From NCBI RefSeq assembly GCF_006345805.1, contig NC_043007.1:11284001-11348000 (forward strand): 64,000 nt of DNA. Direction: 5' to 3'. Below, one piece after another: positions 13,122-26,362 of the stretch (position 1 is its first letter; each line of letters opens with the position of its first letter). The stretch is from Octopus sinensis (taxonomy: Eukaryota). The position numbers and the translations under genes are program-made. A model generated the notes under the pieces. The model did not search any database and was not told the origin of the DNA. It saw only the letters and a program-made list of their open reading frames with translations.

Positions 13122-13220
13122 GGGTTTAGTGATGGCCCTGACTCTGCCTTTAGTCCTTGAATATAGAATCATTTATGAAAGAGATGATTTTTTAGAAATA
13201 AATTTATATTGAAATGCTAG
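13122..13220 (+). CDS. Candidate exon with in-frame TGA at 13210-13212
   Basis: TCTATTTGCAG acceptor, AG|GTAAAC donor, 99 nt; GLVMALTLPLVLEYRIIYERDDFLEINLY*NA. Confidence 0.35.
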
Positions 13221-13278
13221 GTAAACCCATTCATGGCCAATGTCCCATCTTGGGAACAGATTTTAAATTTAATATATA

Positions 13279-13680
13279 CTAGCTGTATCGCTCAGCATTG
13301 CTCGGGGTTTGTTTTCTTTTCAACCCTTTAGAATTGGAATTTTTAAAAAGTAAACATTTTGTGTTATGTAACTTGTTATTTTCTTTAAATGAACATTTTT
13401 CTGGTTGAAATACACTGAAAAATGGCGACACAGCAGTAAAAAAATCGTAAAAAATACGGATTTTCATAGGAAAAAAAAGCACCTTTTTGATGTAAATAAT
13501 TTTTGGTGTTAACATGGTCCGATTTGAATTTTTTCTTCTATGGAAGGAAGAGCAAGCCTTCTTCTATCATACTCTCAATTTTGGTCAACTTGCATCACAG
13601 GGTCTCGGAGGAGATAGTGTTAGTTGAAAGCTACCAAACCTGCCATACACAGACAACTTCAGCTTTATATATATATATAT
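13279..13680 (-). mobile_element. Non-autonomous Helitron, same 3' end family as 49762-50162
   Basis: Reverse complement ends CAAACCCCGAGCAATGCTGAGCGATACAGCTAG|T; 5' end TATATATAAAGCTGAAGTTGTCTGTG resembles the other copy. Confidence 0.75.
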
Positions 13681-13825
13681 ATAAATAATATTGGTCTGCT
13701 TGACCAGTTAGCAGGGTGGCGTCATTCAAAGGCTAAAACAATGCAATATGCATTGTGACTAGTGATATATAACCATACCCAATAGTCTGGTCAATACCAT
13801 GATACTATGATAAATAATATTATTA

Positions 13826-14500
13826 AGGCAGCAAAGGCAGGGAGTTGGCAGAAACGTTAGCATGCCAGGCGAAATGCTTAGTGGTATTTCGTCTGCTGTT
13901 ATGTTCTGAGTTCAAATTCCGCCGATGTCAACTTCGTCTTTCATCCTTTCGGGGTCAATGAATTAAGTACCAGTTACACACGGGGGTCGATATAATCAAC
14001 TTAATCCATTTGTCTGTCCATGTTTGTCCCCTCTGTGTGTAGCCCCTTGTGGGCAGTAAAGAAATAAGAAATGTTAGCATGCCAGGTGAAATGCTTAGCG
14101 ATATTTTGTCTGTCTTTACATTGTGAGTTCAAATTCCACTTAAGTTGACTTTGCCTTTCGTCCTTTTGGGGTCAATAAATTAGGTACCAGCTACATATGG
14201 AGTTGATCTAATCAACTGGCCCTCTCCCCACAAAATTTCGGGCTTTGTGCCTAGTGCAGAAAAGAATATTATTAAGGCAGCAAGCTGGAAGAATTGTTAG
14301 CATGCCAGGCAAAATGCTTTGCAGTATTTCACATCTTTACATTCTGAGTTCAAATTCTGCCAAGGTTAAATTGGGCTTTCAGCTTTTCACGGTCCATAAC
14401 AGAAGTACCAATTAAACACTGCAGTTGATGTAATTGACTTACCCCTACCCCGAACTTACTGGCCTTGGGCCAAACTTTGAAGCTAATATTAATATTAAGA
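13826..14500 (+). mobile_element. Chain of family B1/B2 SINEs
   Basis: Three consecutive B-type units with two different 3' tails. Confidence 0.8.
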
Positions 14501-14669
14501 TTTTTGTGTTTCTTTTGTGATATATTTTGAATTTACATTATTCTCCAAGCAAACAATATAGCAGGGGAAATATAGTCAAAGAACCCTTAGGAGCTTAGAA
14601 AATGTAAAAATTTATAATGATCGTAGTTGAATTGACCTTTAATGGGCTAACTTTATAATTGTACTTTAA

Positions 14670-15038
14670 CCCTTTTGTTACTGTATTTATTTTGAGATGG
14701 TCTGTGTTTCTTTCAATTAATTTTAAATATAACAAAGAATTTAGTAAAATAACTTAGTTATCATTCAGCTAGTGTTAGGAACATAAATTGCAACTAAGGT
14801 TTGGTGGAAGATTTTCCTTCAAAACTTATGAAGAGTCAAGACTATTGTAAAGGTTGCAAGACGCAACGAAAATTTTAGGAACATAAATATAGGAAACAAG
14901 TGGAAGTTTTACCAGTGAGTGTGTTAAATTATAAGGCAAAAAAAGAAAATGACTCTTCCCAAACACAACAGATTATGAAAACAAGACATTTGTACTACAG
15001 AGCCAGAGCCAGTTTCAGCTGGGTTGTTATCAAAAGGG
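14670..15038. mobile_element. piggyBac-type MITE
   Basis: TTAA on both sides (14666-14669, 15039-15042); termini CCCTTTTG...CAAAAGGG; carries a ~150-bp insert relative to the copy at 21738. Confidence 0.8.
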
Positions 15039-15911
15039 TTAATCCTTTTGATTCTAAACTGCTTGAGACCATCTCTGGTTTATGTTACAAACTTCCAGTT
15101 TTAAAGTAGTCTAAATCAAAATATTCCATCAAAATTTCAAGTAAATTTTTGTTCCAAACACCAGCTTAATAATTGTTTCAAATTTTAGCACAAGGCCAGG
15201 AATGTTAGGAAGAGGGGGGTCAATTAGTTACATAATTAGTTAGCAATGTTAGGTGTAGGAACAAATGGAACTTATTCTATTGACCTTGAAAGTATGAAAA
15301 AGACAAAATTGAGACAGGTGGGATTTGAACTGAGATCATAAAAAACCAGAAGACACATTGCAAAGCATTTTGCTCAGTGTTCTAACAATTCTGCTTGCTC
15401 ATTACCTTACACCAGTTTAATAATGATGATTTTGGATAAGGCACTGAGCTGGCAGAATCCTTATCAAGTTGGACAAAATGCTTAGCAGCATTTCATCTAT
15501 TCTTATGTTCTGAGTTCAAATTTGGCCATGGTTGACTTTGCTTTTCATCTTTTTGAGGTCAATAAAATAAGTACCAGTTGAGCACTGGAGTTGATGTAAT
15601 TTACTCACCTGCTCTCCTCAAAATTGATGGCCTTGTGCCATAATACGAAATTAATAACAACGATGGGGATTTTAACATATGTTAGGCAACAGCATAATGG
15701 TTTATCTGGTACATACAGTTGTCATGGATACAGTAAGATCAAGATTCCTGGAGTTCTCTATTGTAAATGATTATCCACAGCACTGATGTCAAAAAACCAG
15801 CCTGACAGTCACACAGGTAAGATAGACTTCGTAGTCACCAAGCAATGAGATAGACAGATGGTTGTGAATGCTTAGTCATTCTCTGGTAAAAAAAAATATA
15901 TCACTCAACAT

Positions 15912-16316
15912 GGTGTAGGAGTGGCTGTGTGGTAAGTAGCTTGCTTACCAACCACATGGTTCCGGGTTCAGTCCCACTGCGTGGCACCTCGGGCAAGTGT
16001 CTTCTACTATAGTATTGAGCTGACTAAAGCCTTGTGAGTGGATTCGGTGGACGGAAACTGAAAGAAGCCCATCGTATATATGTATATATATATGTGTGTG
16101 TGTATGTTTGTGTGTCTGTATTTGTCCCCCCAACATCGCTTGACAACCAATGCCGGTGTGTTCACATCCCCATAACTTAGCGGTTCGGCAAAAGAGACCG
16201 ATAGAATAAGTACTAGGTTTCCAAAGAATAAGTTCTGGGGTCGATTTGCTCGACCAAAGGCGGTGCTCCAGCATGGCCACAGTCAAATGACTGAAACAAG
16301 TAAAAGAGAGTAAAGG
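15912..16316 (+). mobile_element. SINE family A
   Basis: Full-length homolog. Confidence 0.9.
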
Positions 16317-16458
16317 AGAGAACATAGACTAATGATTAATTATCATTGGTTTTTGTTGTGAACAGAAGATGGTCTGAAGAAGCAATATGCGAAAGCTGAA
16401 AGAGTCTTTGGTCAGTCACAGGTCCATTGAAATCTTAGTTGATGCACACAACAAGAGG

Positions 16459-16875
16459 AAGGCGGCGAGCTGGCAGAAACGTTAGCACGCCGGGTGAAAT
16501 GCGTAGCCGTATTTCATCTGCCGCTACGTTCTGAGTTCAAATTCTGTCGAGATCGACTTGGCCTTTCATCCTTTTGGAGTCGATAAATTAAGTACCAGTT
16601 ACGTACTGGGGTCGATGTAATCGACTTAATCTGTTTGTCTGTCCTTGTTTTTCCCCTTTATGTTTAGCCCCTTGTAGGTAGTAAAGAAATAAGTATTTCG
16701 TCTGCCGCTACATTCTGAGTTCAAATTACGCCGAGATCGACTTTGCCTTTCATCCTTTCGTGGTCGATAAATTAAGTACCAGTTACGTACTGGGGTCGAT
16801 GTAATCAACTTAATCCATTTGTCTGTCCTTGTTTGTCCCCTTTATGTTTAGCTCCTTGTTGGCAATAAAGAAATA
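16459..16875 (+). mobile_element. SINE family B1 (tRNA-like head, probable Deu/Nin-type domain), dimeric
   Basis: GGCGAGCTGGCAGAA...GAGTTCAAATT...TTGCCTTTCATCCTTTCGGGGTCGATAAATTAAGTACCAG; tail ...GCCCCTTGTGGGCAATAAAGAAATA; internal restart at GTATTTCGTCTG. Domain name is from memory. Confidence 0.9.
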
Positions 16876-16930
16876 ACAAGGGGAAGATGGTGATAAAGAC
16901 TCGTAACATAAAAAACAACTGGATGTTTCT

Positions 16931-17161
16931 TATTTCTTTATTGCCCACAAGGGGCTAAACATAGAGGGGACAAACAAGGACAGACAAAGGGATTAAGTCG
17001 ATTACATCGACCCCAGTGCGTAACTGGTACTTAATTTATCGACCCTGAAAGGATAAAAGGCAAAGTCGACCTCGGCGGAATTTGAACTCAGCATGTAACG
17101 GCAGATGAAATACCGGAAAGCATTTCGCCCAGCATGCTAACGTTTCTGCCACCTCACCGCC
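16931..17161 (-). mobile_element. SINE family B1 monomer, tail-to-tail with 16459-16875
   Basis: Reverse-complement homolog 55 bp away. Confidence 0.9.
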
Positions 17162-19085
17162 TGTAAAACTGGACGGTTCTATAAGACAAGCTGCTGAGGG
17201 CCACAGGCCAGATTTATGTTTGGTACAAGGCTCCAGCCAGTTACAAGATGACATTTTGATAGGATAGTACCATAGACAGAGTACAAAAGCTAAGAGATGA
17301 GCCTGAAAAGAACAAAGAAAGAGAATAACAATGAGCTATACTCTGGAGTTGAACCCTGAATGTATTCATGATGTTGTGGCATACGACATATAATCTGATG
17401 ATCTGATGCGTTAATTTTCTCTATTACACATCTCAGTGCGAATATACAATTGTATTACGTAATGCTAAATAGGAATACTGACATAAAACATATGTTTATA
17501 ATTTGGAATATTGAAATTAATATTACTACTACATGGAGGAAATTACGAAACAGTTGTAATCATATGGAAATCATATGGAAATAATACATTTGTATTCACG
17601 TCTCATAACTCCTGATTTTATGATTTCATGTAGGTATGTACGTACGTATGTATTGTGCATATAAAAAAGCAAGCATAAGTTAAAGAAATTGAGTATTATC
17701 ACTATAGATTTAACTGCAATACAAGTAAATTGAAAGGAAATAACATTAATAAAGGTTAACCAGACACTGAAAGATCAATCAAGGACTTTCCAATGCTTTT
17801 ACATTCTTTGAGAAGAAGAAATTATAATTTTTGGAAAATAAACATAGTTCGTTAAATTAATGACAACTGACAATAGAAATGTGGAAAACTAACGAGCAGT
17901 ATGTTATTGATGGCTGATAAAAATATATAATTTATTTCATAAGCATGTCAAAGTGTATTTGTAAAAGAGAGAAATAACTTGGCGCTTTCATGGTTTTATT
18001 CTTGCAATAACAATTGAGTTATTTAGTGCGACAACAAAATACAAAAATATTGTTGTTATGAGAATAATTTCTTGCAGAGAATCTCAACTAAAAATAGATG
18101 CTACAGATTATCATTCTGTATTCTATTAACAAAGAATTGGTTGGATACGTAGGAGACAAAGGTGTTAGAGTATTTTATGGAGGCTGACTGGACATAAGGC
18201 TTAACCCTTTTGATAGAACCAGAACCAGGGGTGGTCTCCACCTGAGATCACCCCTAGTTATATGATACAATTCCTGCATTGAATTAAAATCTCCAATCAA
18301 AATGACTTTATCTTTTAAACACCAGATTAATAACAACAAAACTATTGGGTTGTCCGGAAAGTTCATGCCGATTTTTAAAGGAAAGAAAAAGGTCAATAAA
18401 TACTTGCCATTACATATTTTAATCAAACAAATACTTGCAAGGCTTTTGTTGGCCCAGGATAGAGAAGCAGGCTTCTTACCACACAGTCATACCTCCTCCT
18501 CCACATCATCATCATCATCATCATCACCACCACCATCATCATCGCCATCATCACCACCACCACCACCACCACCATCACCACCACCACTGCCACCACCACA
18601 ACCACCACCATCATCATCACCATCACCACCACATCCACCACCACCACCACCACCACCCTCCTCCTCCTCATCATCGTCATCATCACCAACTACATTTAAT
18701 GTCTCTTTCCCGTGAGAGCATGTGTTGGATGACTTGACCGGAACTAGCTAGGCCAGCAGCCGCAGCAGGTACCACAGTCTGTTTTGGTTTAGTTTCTGTT
18801 TTGGATTGAATGTCCTTCCTAATGCCAACCACTTTCCAGGGTATACTGGGTGCTTTTTATACATCACCATTACCAGTGCTCTTTATGTGGTATCAGCATC
18901 CACATCATTGTTATCCATGTGGTTCCATTGAAATCAGCTTTGCCTTTCATCCTTTCGGGGTTGATAAAATAAGTACCAGTTGAACACTGGGGGGGGGGGG
19001 TCGATGTAATCAACTTATCTTTTCCCCCCTGGGCTAAAATTTGAAATCAATATTCTTTCATCATATATACATGCATACATATGTG

Positions 19086-19445
19086 TGTGTATTCTTTTAT
19101 TCTTTTACTTGTTTCAGTCATTTGACTGTGGCCATGCTGGAGCACCACCTTTAGTCGAACAGATTGACCCCAGGACTTATTCTTTGTAAGCCTAGTACTT
19201 ATTCTATCAGTCTCTTTTACCAACAGCTAAATAAACACACCAAGATTGGTTGTCAAGCGATGGTGGGGGGACAAACACAGACACACAAATGCATATATAT
19301 ACACACTTACATATTCGATGGGCTTCTTTCAGTTTCCACCTACTAAATCCACTCACAAAGCTTGTCCAAGGTGCCATGCAGTGGGACTGAACTCAGAACC
19401 ATGTGGTTGGAAAGTAAGCTTCTTACCACACAGCCACTCCTGTGC
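19086..19445 (-). mobile_element. SINE family A, internally deleted
   Basis: Homolog with two internal deletions. Confidence 0.85.
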
Positions 19446-19446
19446 C

Positions 19447-19464
19447 TATATGTACGTATGCATG

Positions 19465-19512
<48 letters not shown>

Positions 19513-19633
19513 TATACATACATACATACATACATACATATGTGTGTATGTGTATATATATGTATATATACACATACGTATACATATGTATGTATATATA
19601 TTTGTATATATATATATATATATATACACACAC

Positions 19634-19666
<33 letters not shown>

Positions 19667-21566
19667 GATAGATAGATGCATATACATATATATATACACA
19701 CATATATATACATAGACATATATATATATACACACACACACACACATATACACACCTATATACATACACACACACACTTATATATATACACACACACCGT
19801 TTTATTGTCATTGTGTATTATAGTTGCAGTCACTATACTTGACTGTTTGCTAGTTATCAAAGCCGAAGTAGGCTAAATCTTTATTGGTCAAACAGTATTT
19901 TGTTTCCATTTATATAAAGGAATCATTTAGTTCTGTCTTTGAGTGGTGAAACGACTAAGACATAACATCTACTGAAGTGACGTGGGTTACTATTACTTCA
20001 AACAAATAAACGGGTTTTATGTTATTTGTTAACACATCTTTATTACAACATATATCTGGCTTTATAGTTTTATAATGCGAGAGTGTTAAATAACTAGATT
20101 TATGGAGTACTTCAGACTATAGAGACGACGGAGATGTAACGTAGCGTTTCTAGTCTCGCTCATTCATCACTGCAGTTTTCTTGGTATAAAACTGAGTTTA
20201 TTGTTGGATAAAATGGTATTATTTTTCTCCAACTCAGTTTGAAATTATAATATGGTTGGGTTGCTCCTTTTATAGGTCTTCTAATAGATGAGTCATTTCA
20301 TTCCATTCGTTCATTTTATTCATCATTTAATATCCTTCCTTTCTTTCTTGCATGCATGGGTCAGGTGAAACTTGTTGAGGCTGGTTTTTCCATTGCTGGA
20401 TGCTTTGTCTGTCACAAAATCTAAGTTGTTTCCAAGTAATGTAATATATTTTCCCATAGCTAGACATACACACACACACACATATATATATATACATACA
20501 TACATTATAGGTGGTGAGCTGGCAGAAACGTTAGCGCGCCGGGCAAAATGCATAGCCGTATTTCATCTGTCGTTATGTTCCGAGTTCAAATTCCGCCGAG
20601 GTCGACTTTGCCTTTCATCCTTTCGGGGTCGATAAATTAAGTACCAGTTACGCACTGGGGTCGATGTAATCGACTTAATCCGTTTGTCTGTCCTTGTTTG
20701 TCCCCTCTGTGTTTAGCTTCTTGTGGGTAGTAAAGAAATATATATACATACATACATGCACACACACACACACACTCATATAGACTGGAAACAAACAACA
20801 CCGCTTCTATGACAGTGATGCTTGTTTACAATCATCACATGATGTCAAGACAAGGATATTCACAAACACACATATACACACATGTGTACACAAACATGCA
20901 TACACATGCACACATACACACATATATGCAAACATGCATGAACACACATGTGCTTCATATGCTCCCCCCACACACATACATTCATAGATGCATGCACATA
21001 CATGCATACATATACCCCCCCACACACACACACGAACACACACATACATGCATACATACATGCATACACATACAGACATAAATACATGGACACAGACATA
21101 CATGTATACATATGTGTACACACACACACACATATATGCAGACACACACACATATTCATATATGTGTACACAAACATGCATACACATGTGCATGCATATG
21201 CCCCACCCCACACACATACAGTCATATATATACATGCACACACATACATGCATACATATGCCCCCACATGAACATACACACACACATACATGCAGACATA
21301 CATGCATACACATACATGCATACATACATGCACACACACATATACATGTATATGCATATACACACACACATATACATGTATATGCATATACACACACATA
21401 CATGTATACATGTGTACACACACACATATATATGCACACACATATTCATATATGTGTACACAAACATTCATACATGCACACACACATATACATGTATATG
21501 CATACACACACAAACACATACACATACATACATACATGTATACATACACATACACACACATGTATA
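19447..21566. repeat. TA/CA/TACA compound microsatellite blocks (19447-19797, 20740-21566)
   Basis: Directly visible. Confidence 0.9.
20508..20739 (+). mobile_element. SINE family B1 monomer
   Basis: Close to consensus. Confidence 0.9.
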
Positions 21567-21737
21567 CAATGGGCTACAGTACATTTCGCATCTACCAAAT
21601 TCTACTCTCAAAGTGCTGGTAAACCTGAGACCATAGCAGAAAACACTAGCCAAGGAGTGGCACATTGGTAGTAAACATGGAACAACCTGGCAGCAAGGTG
21701 AGCTTCTTAACCATCCACGAGAAATCAAGATACTTAA

Positions 21738-21941
21738 CCCTTTTGTTACCATATTTCTGTTGAGATGCTCTGTGTTTCTTTCAATTAATTTTATATATAA
21801 CAAGAATTTAATAAAATAACTTAGTTAGGAACATAAATTGTGTATAAGGTTTGGTGGAAGATTTTAATTCAGAACTTTTGAAAACAAGACATTTGTACTA
21901 CAGAGCCAAAAGCGGTTTCAGTCAGGTTGGTATCAAAGGGG
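21738..21941. mobile_element. piggyBac-type MITE, second copy
   Basis: TTAA-CCCTTTTGTTACC...GGTATCAAAGGGG-TTAC; body homologous to 14670-15038. Confidence 0.75.
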
Positions 21942-22026
21942 TTACGTGATGTTTAATGTGAAAATATAACTTGTTTTAGCCATCATACAGTAGGAAATGC
22001 TGAGTTTTATTAACCAATCCTCTTAG

Positions 22027-22050
22027 AATTTGGTCCTTTCAACAATGAAA
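22027..22050 (+). CDS. Candidate micro-exon (phase 0-0)
   Basis: CCTCTTAG acceptor, GTATAA donor; NLVLSTMK; frame-compatible with the next three candidates. Confidence 0.35.
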
Positions 22051-22127
22051 GTATAAAGGATGTTTTTAAACTTTACTTTTATAAATTTTATTTTTATTCT
22101 TTTTAGTTTTATAGTTTTAACCTTTAG

Positions 22128-22213
22128 CACACTGGAGGTGCATCATGTCACCATATGAGTTTTCTCCTCTGTAGTAACAAGGCAGTGGCAGGGGAAACAA
22201 TTTTTGAGAAAAT
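22128..22213 (+). CDS. Candidate coding exon (phase 0-2)
   Basis: TTAACCTTTAG acceptor; HTGGASCHHMSFLLCSNKAVAGETIFEK. Confidence 0.4.
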
Positions 22214-22925
22214 GTAGTATGCTAAAGGCTAAGGATATACAGAACATGGCTGAGTGGTAAGTAGTTTGCTTTCCAATCACATGGTTTTGGGTTTAGTCCC
22301 GCTGTATGGCACCATGGACAAGTGTTTTCAGCTATGCCCTGGCCCACCAAAGCCTTGTGAGTGGATTAGGTTGATGGAAACTGAAAGAATCCTGTTGTAT
22401 ATATCACTGGTACTCAGTCAGTTTCAATGATGAGTGTTCCAGTTGAGCTGCTCAGGAAAATGTTGAAAATGAATTTCACCATCAAGTCTGTCCATGGGGA
22501 AATAGATAGTACTTACTTAGAAACAGATAATGGTTGGTGACAGGAAGGGCATCCAGCTGTAGAAAATTCTGCCTCAACAAATTTTGTTCATTTGATGCAG
22601 ACATGGAAATGATGATGATAATAAAAAACACAAATGTGATAAATTGTTTCAAAATTTGCCTGAAGGTCCATAATTTTAAGAGAAATGACTTAACCGATTA
22701 CCTCAATCTCAGCATATGAATGGTACTTTACTTTATTGACCCTGGTGGGATGAAATGCAAAGTTGACCTTAGCAGAATTTGAACTCAGAATGTAATGAAC
22801 TGAAAGAAATGCTAAGTATATTGTCTGATACTCTGACAACACTGCCTGCTCCCCACCTCCTAAAAAATATGATAAATCAATAAGAAATATTTCAACATGT
22901 ATCAGTCATTCTGGCTGATTTACAG

Positions 22926-22957
22926 GGTGTGGCAGAAAGGTCGGCCTAATTTCAAAG
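22926..22957 (+). CDS. Candidate coding exon (phase 2-1)
   Basis: GATTTACAG acceptor, AAG|GTTAAT donor; VWQKGRPNFK. Confidence 0.45.
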
Positions 22958-23045
22958 GTTAATAAAAAACAAACATATGAAGATGCCTGAAAAAATTTTG
23001 TATTTCTATGAAGTTCATTAAATGCCATTTTTTCTCCTCTTTCAG

Positions 23046-23079
23046 ATAGTACTTACCATGGCCCGGTGTGGAGAGAATC
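23046..23079 (+). CDS. Candidate coding exon (phase 1-2)
   Basis: Strong TTTTCTCCTCTTTCAG acceptor, GTATTT donor; DSTYHGPVWRES. Confidence 0.5.
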
Positions 23080-23152
23080 GTATTTTTTTCTAGTATCTTC
23101 ATGTGTTTGTTTTTTATTAACCTTTGAAATCGAGGCAATCTTTCTACCACAC

Positions 23153-24932
23153 CCTGTTTTTGGATTAGTCTTGGTTGTTATAATGGTTTTAAATTTTGGC
23201 ACAAGGCCAGCAATTTTAGAGGAAGGTGTTAATCAAATGCATGAACCCTAGAGCTCAGCTGGTATTTATTTTATTGACTTAGGATGAAAGGCAAAGTCAA
23301 CCTCAACAGACATCTTCATTGTTATGATAACACTATTTTGGACCTTGTTTCCTCCAACCTTCCTCAAGTTTCTTATTTGGTAAAATATTTGAAAGGAAAT
23401 TTAAAGTCAATACTTCCATTGAGTCTACAAGGAGCACAGATCATTCTTGTTCCATCACTCATATGAGGGATACTCTACTCCTATTAGTTATTCTCCTACT
23501 TGTGATTCCATTTGCTTGTTCCACTTCAACCTAAGTACATACATACGTACATACATACATACATACGTACATACATACATATGTACATACATACATACAT
23601 ATATACATGCATACATACATACATGCATACATACATACATACGTACATATATACGTACGTACATACATACATACGTACATACATACATACGTACATACAT
23701 ACGTACATACATACATACGTATATACATACATACATACGTACATACATACATACGTACATACATACATACGTACATACATACATACGTACGTACATACAT
23801 ACGTACATACATACGTACATACATACATACGTACATACATACATACGTACATACATAAATACGTACATACGTACGTACATACATACATACGTACATACAT
23901 ACATGCATATGTACATACATACATGCATACATATGTACATACATACGTACTTACATACATATGTACATACATACATACTTACATACATATGTACATACAT
24001 ACGTACATACATACATATGTACATACATACGTACATACATATGTACGTACATACGTACATATGTACATACATACGTACATACATACATACATTTGTGTAT
24101 ATGCTTGTGCCATGTAAAAAGCACTGTCCATTCTGCAGGGTGGTTGATGTTAGGAAGGGCATCCAGCCATAAAACCTCTGCCAAAACAGATACAGAAGTC
24201 TGGTGCAAGCTCCTACCTGGCCAACTCCCGCCAGGTCAGCTCCTGTCAAACTGTCCAACCCATGCCAGCATGGAAGGCAGACGTTAAATGATGATGATGA
24301 CGATGATGATGATTATATATATATATATATATATATATCATCATCGTTTATCATTTAACATCCGCTTGCCATGCTGGCATGGGTTGGATGGTTTGACCGA
24401 GGACTGGCAAACCAGATGGCTGCACAAGGCTCCGATCTGATCTGGCAGAGTTTCTACAGCTGGATGCCATTCCTAATACCAACCACTCTGAGAATGTAGT
24501 AGGTGCTTTTTCTGTGCCACCGGCATGAGGGCCAGTCAGGCAGTACTGGCGACAGCCACACTCAAACGGTGGTTTTTATGTGCCACCTGCACAAGACCCA
24601 GTCCAGTGGCACTGGCTCTTATATACCTTGCCTTATATATCTTCTTATATATATATCTTATATATGGACTGGCTCTAATATATCTTATATATTCAAATAT
24701 CTTGCCAAATAGAACACTTGAGGAAGGTTGGAGGAAACAAGGTCCAAAATAGTGTTGTCATAACAATGAAGATGTCTGCTGAGGTTGACTTTGCCTTTCA
24801 TCCTAAGTCAATAAAATAAATACCAGCTGAGCACTAGGGTTCATGCATTTGATTAACACCTTCCGCTAAAATTGCTGGCCTTGTGCCAAAAGTTAAAGCC
24901 ATTATAACAACCACGACTAGTCCAAATACAGG
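23153..24932. repeat. 241-bp inverted duplication with 1.3-kb spacer
   Basis: 23153-23393 is the reverse complement of 24692-24932 (about 90%); includes non-SINE sequence. Confidence 0.85.
23535..24092. repeat. (TACA)n/(TACG) tetranucleotide satellite
   Basis: Directly visible. Confidence 0.95.
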
Positions 24933-26362
24933 TACCACTGGCACAAGTGCCAGTAAGGCAATGCTGGTAACAATCAAGCTCAAATGGTGCTTTTTATGTG
25001 CCACCGGCAGGGGAGCCAGTCAGCGGGCTTAATATCATTTCCTGTCCTTACATTCTGAGTTCAAATTCCACCAAGGTTGATTTTTATCTTTCATCCTTCT
25101 GATATCAATAAAATTAAGTATCAATTAAGCATTGGGGTCGATGTAATCAGCTTCCTCCCTTCTCTGAAATTTCTGACCTTATGCCAAAATTTGAAACCAA
25201 TATTCACAATCCCATTATCATGTGGGACTGTTAAGCTGTGCAAAAAAAGGAACTTCAAGTTCTGTCTTTGTTAAGTAAAGGCTCCCCAATAGTATTCATC
25301 TCTATGCTAGGCACTTGTATTTAACCGTTTTGCTAGTATATTTCTGTTGAAACACATTGCCTTTGATTTAACTCATTTGAAAAATAACGAAGAACTTATT
25401 TCAACAACTTTGAAACAAGTAAAAGAATAAAAAGAATAAAAATACAGTAAAATTTTATTTTATATATAGTGAATGGCTACGGAGGTGCAGCGGAGTGAAA
25501 TAAAATTCGAAGGATCTATAAGCAAAAAATGGTTCAGAGCCATTAGAACAAAGTCAGAAGTTACTGGAGCTTGACTCAAATCCAAATTTTGCATTGACAA
25601 TTTTAACAAATCAGTTAATTATATATTCTTATTCATTAAGGCAGCAAGATAGGAGAATCGTTAGCATAACTGGCAAAATGCTTAGTGGCATTTTGTCTGT
25701 CTTTATGTTCTGAGTTCAAATTCCATCAAGGTTGATTTTGCTTTTCATCCTTTTGGGAGGTCAATGAAATAAGTACCAACTGACCACTGGGGCTGATGTA
25801 ATTGACTTACTCCATCCTCCAAATTGCTGACCTTGTACCAAAATTTGAAGCCAATATATTCTTCAATGTCCATGACTTCTTGTCAATATTCCACTGGTTT
25901 GTCAATGCATTGATACAAGAAGTTACTGGAGCTTGACCCAAAGAATTCATTGAATCATATTTTCAGCTCGCATTGATGTTGAATGAAACATCTTTCAGGC
26001 TGACAGAAAAGAACCAAAACAAGGTGATAATTCGAAGGCACTATATCAAGGGAATACTATGAGTGCAGTAGAACTTCCCAACTGAATTTTTGAATAGCAT
26101 TTTTTACCGAATTAGTGACATGGGCACAAGCATTGCTGTGTTGAAGAAGCCCGGCATGCCACTAAGGGATCATTTCAGCTGGATTGCTTTGTTGAGCTGG
26201 TGTTGAACATAAAGCTCTGTATCACCCAGTATCACTCTCAGTATTACTCAGCGTCACTCTCCCTTCAGTATCATGCTCTCTTCAACCAAGAGTTCATTGT
26301 CTTTAACATAGTGTTTGAAACATGAATTAGTAGTTTGACAAAAGATACCAATAGATGAAATA

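Noticed and set aside
24714-24742. Exon TLEEGWRKQ continuing the 23046 exon
   Set aside because: Phase fits but the donor is weak and it lies inside an inverted-duplicated arm; not supportable.
25960-26300. Coding-looking unique sequence
   Set aside because: All frames on both strands have stops and no recognisable motif; could be an exon or TE relic but cannot be assigned.
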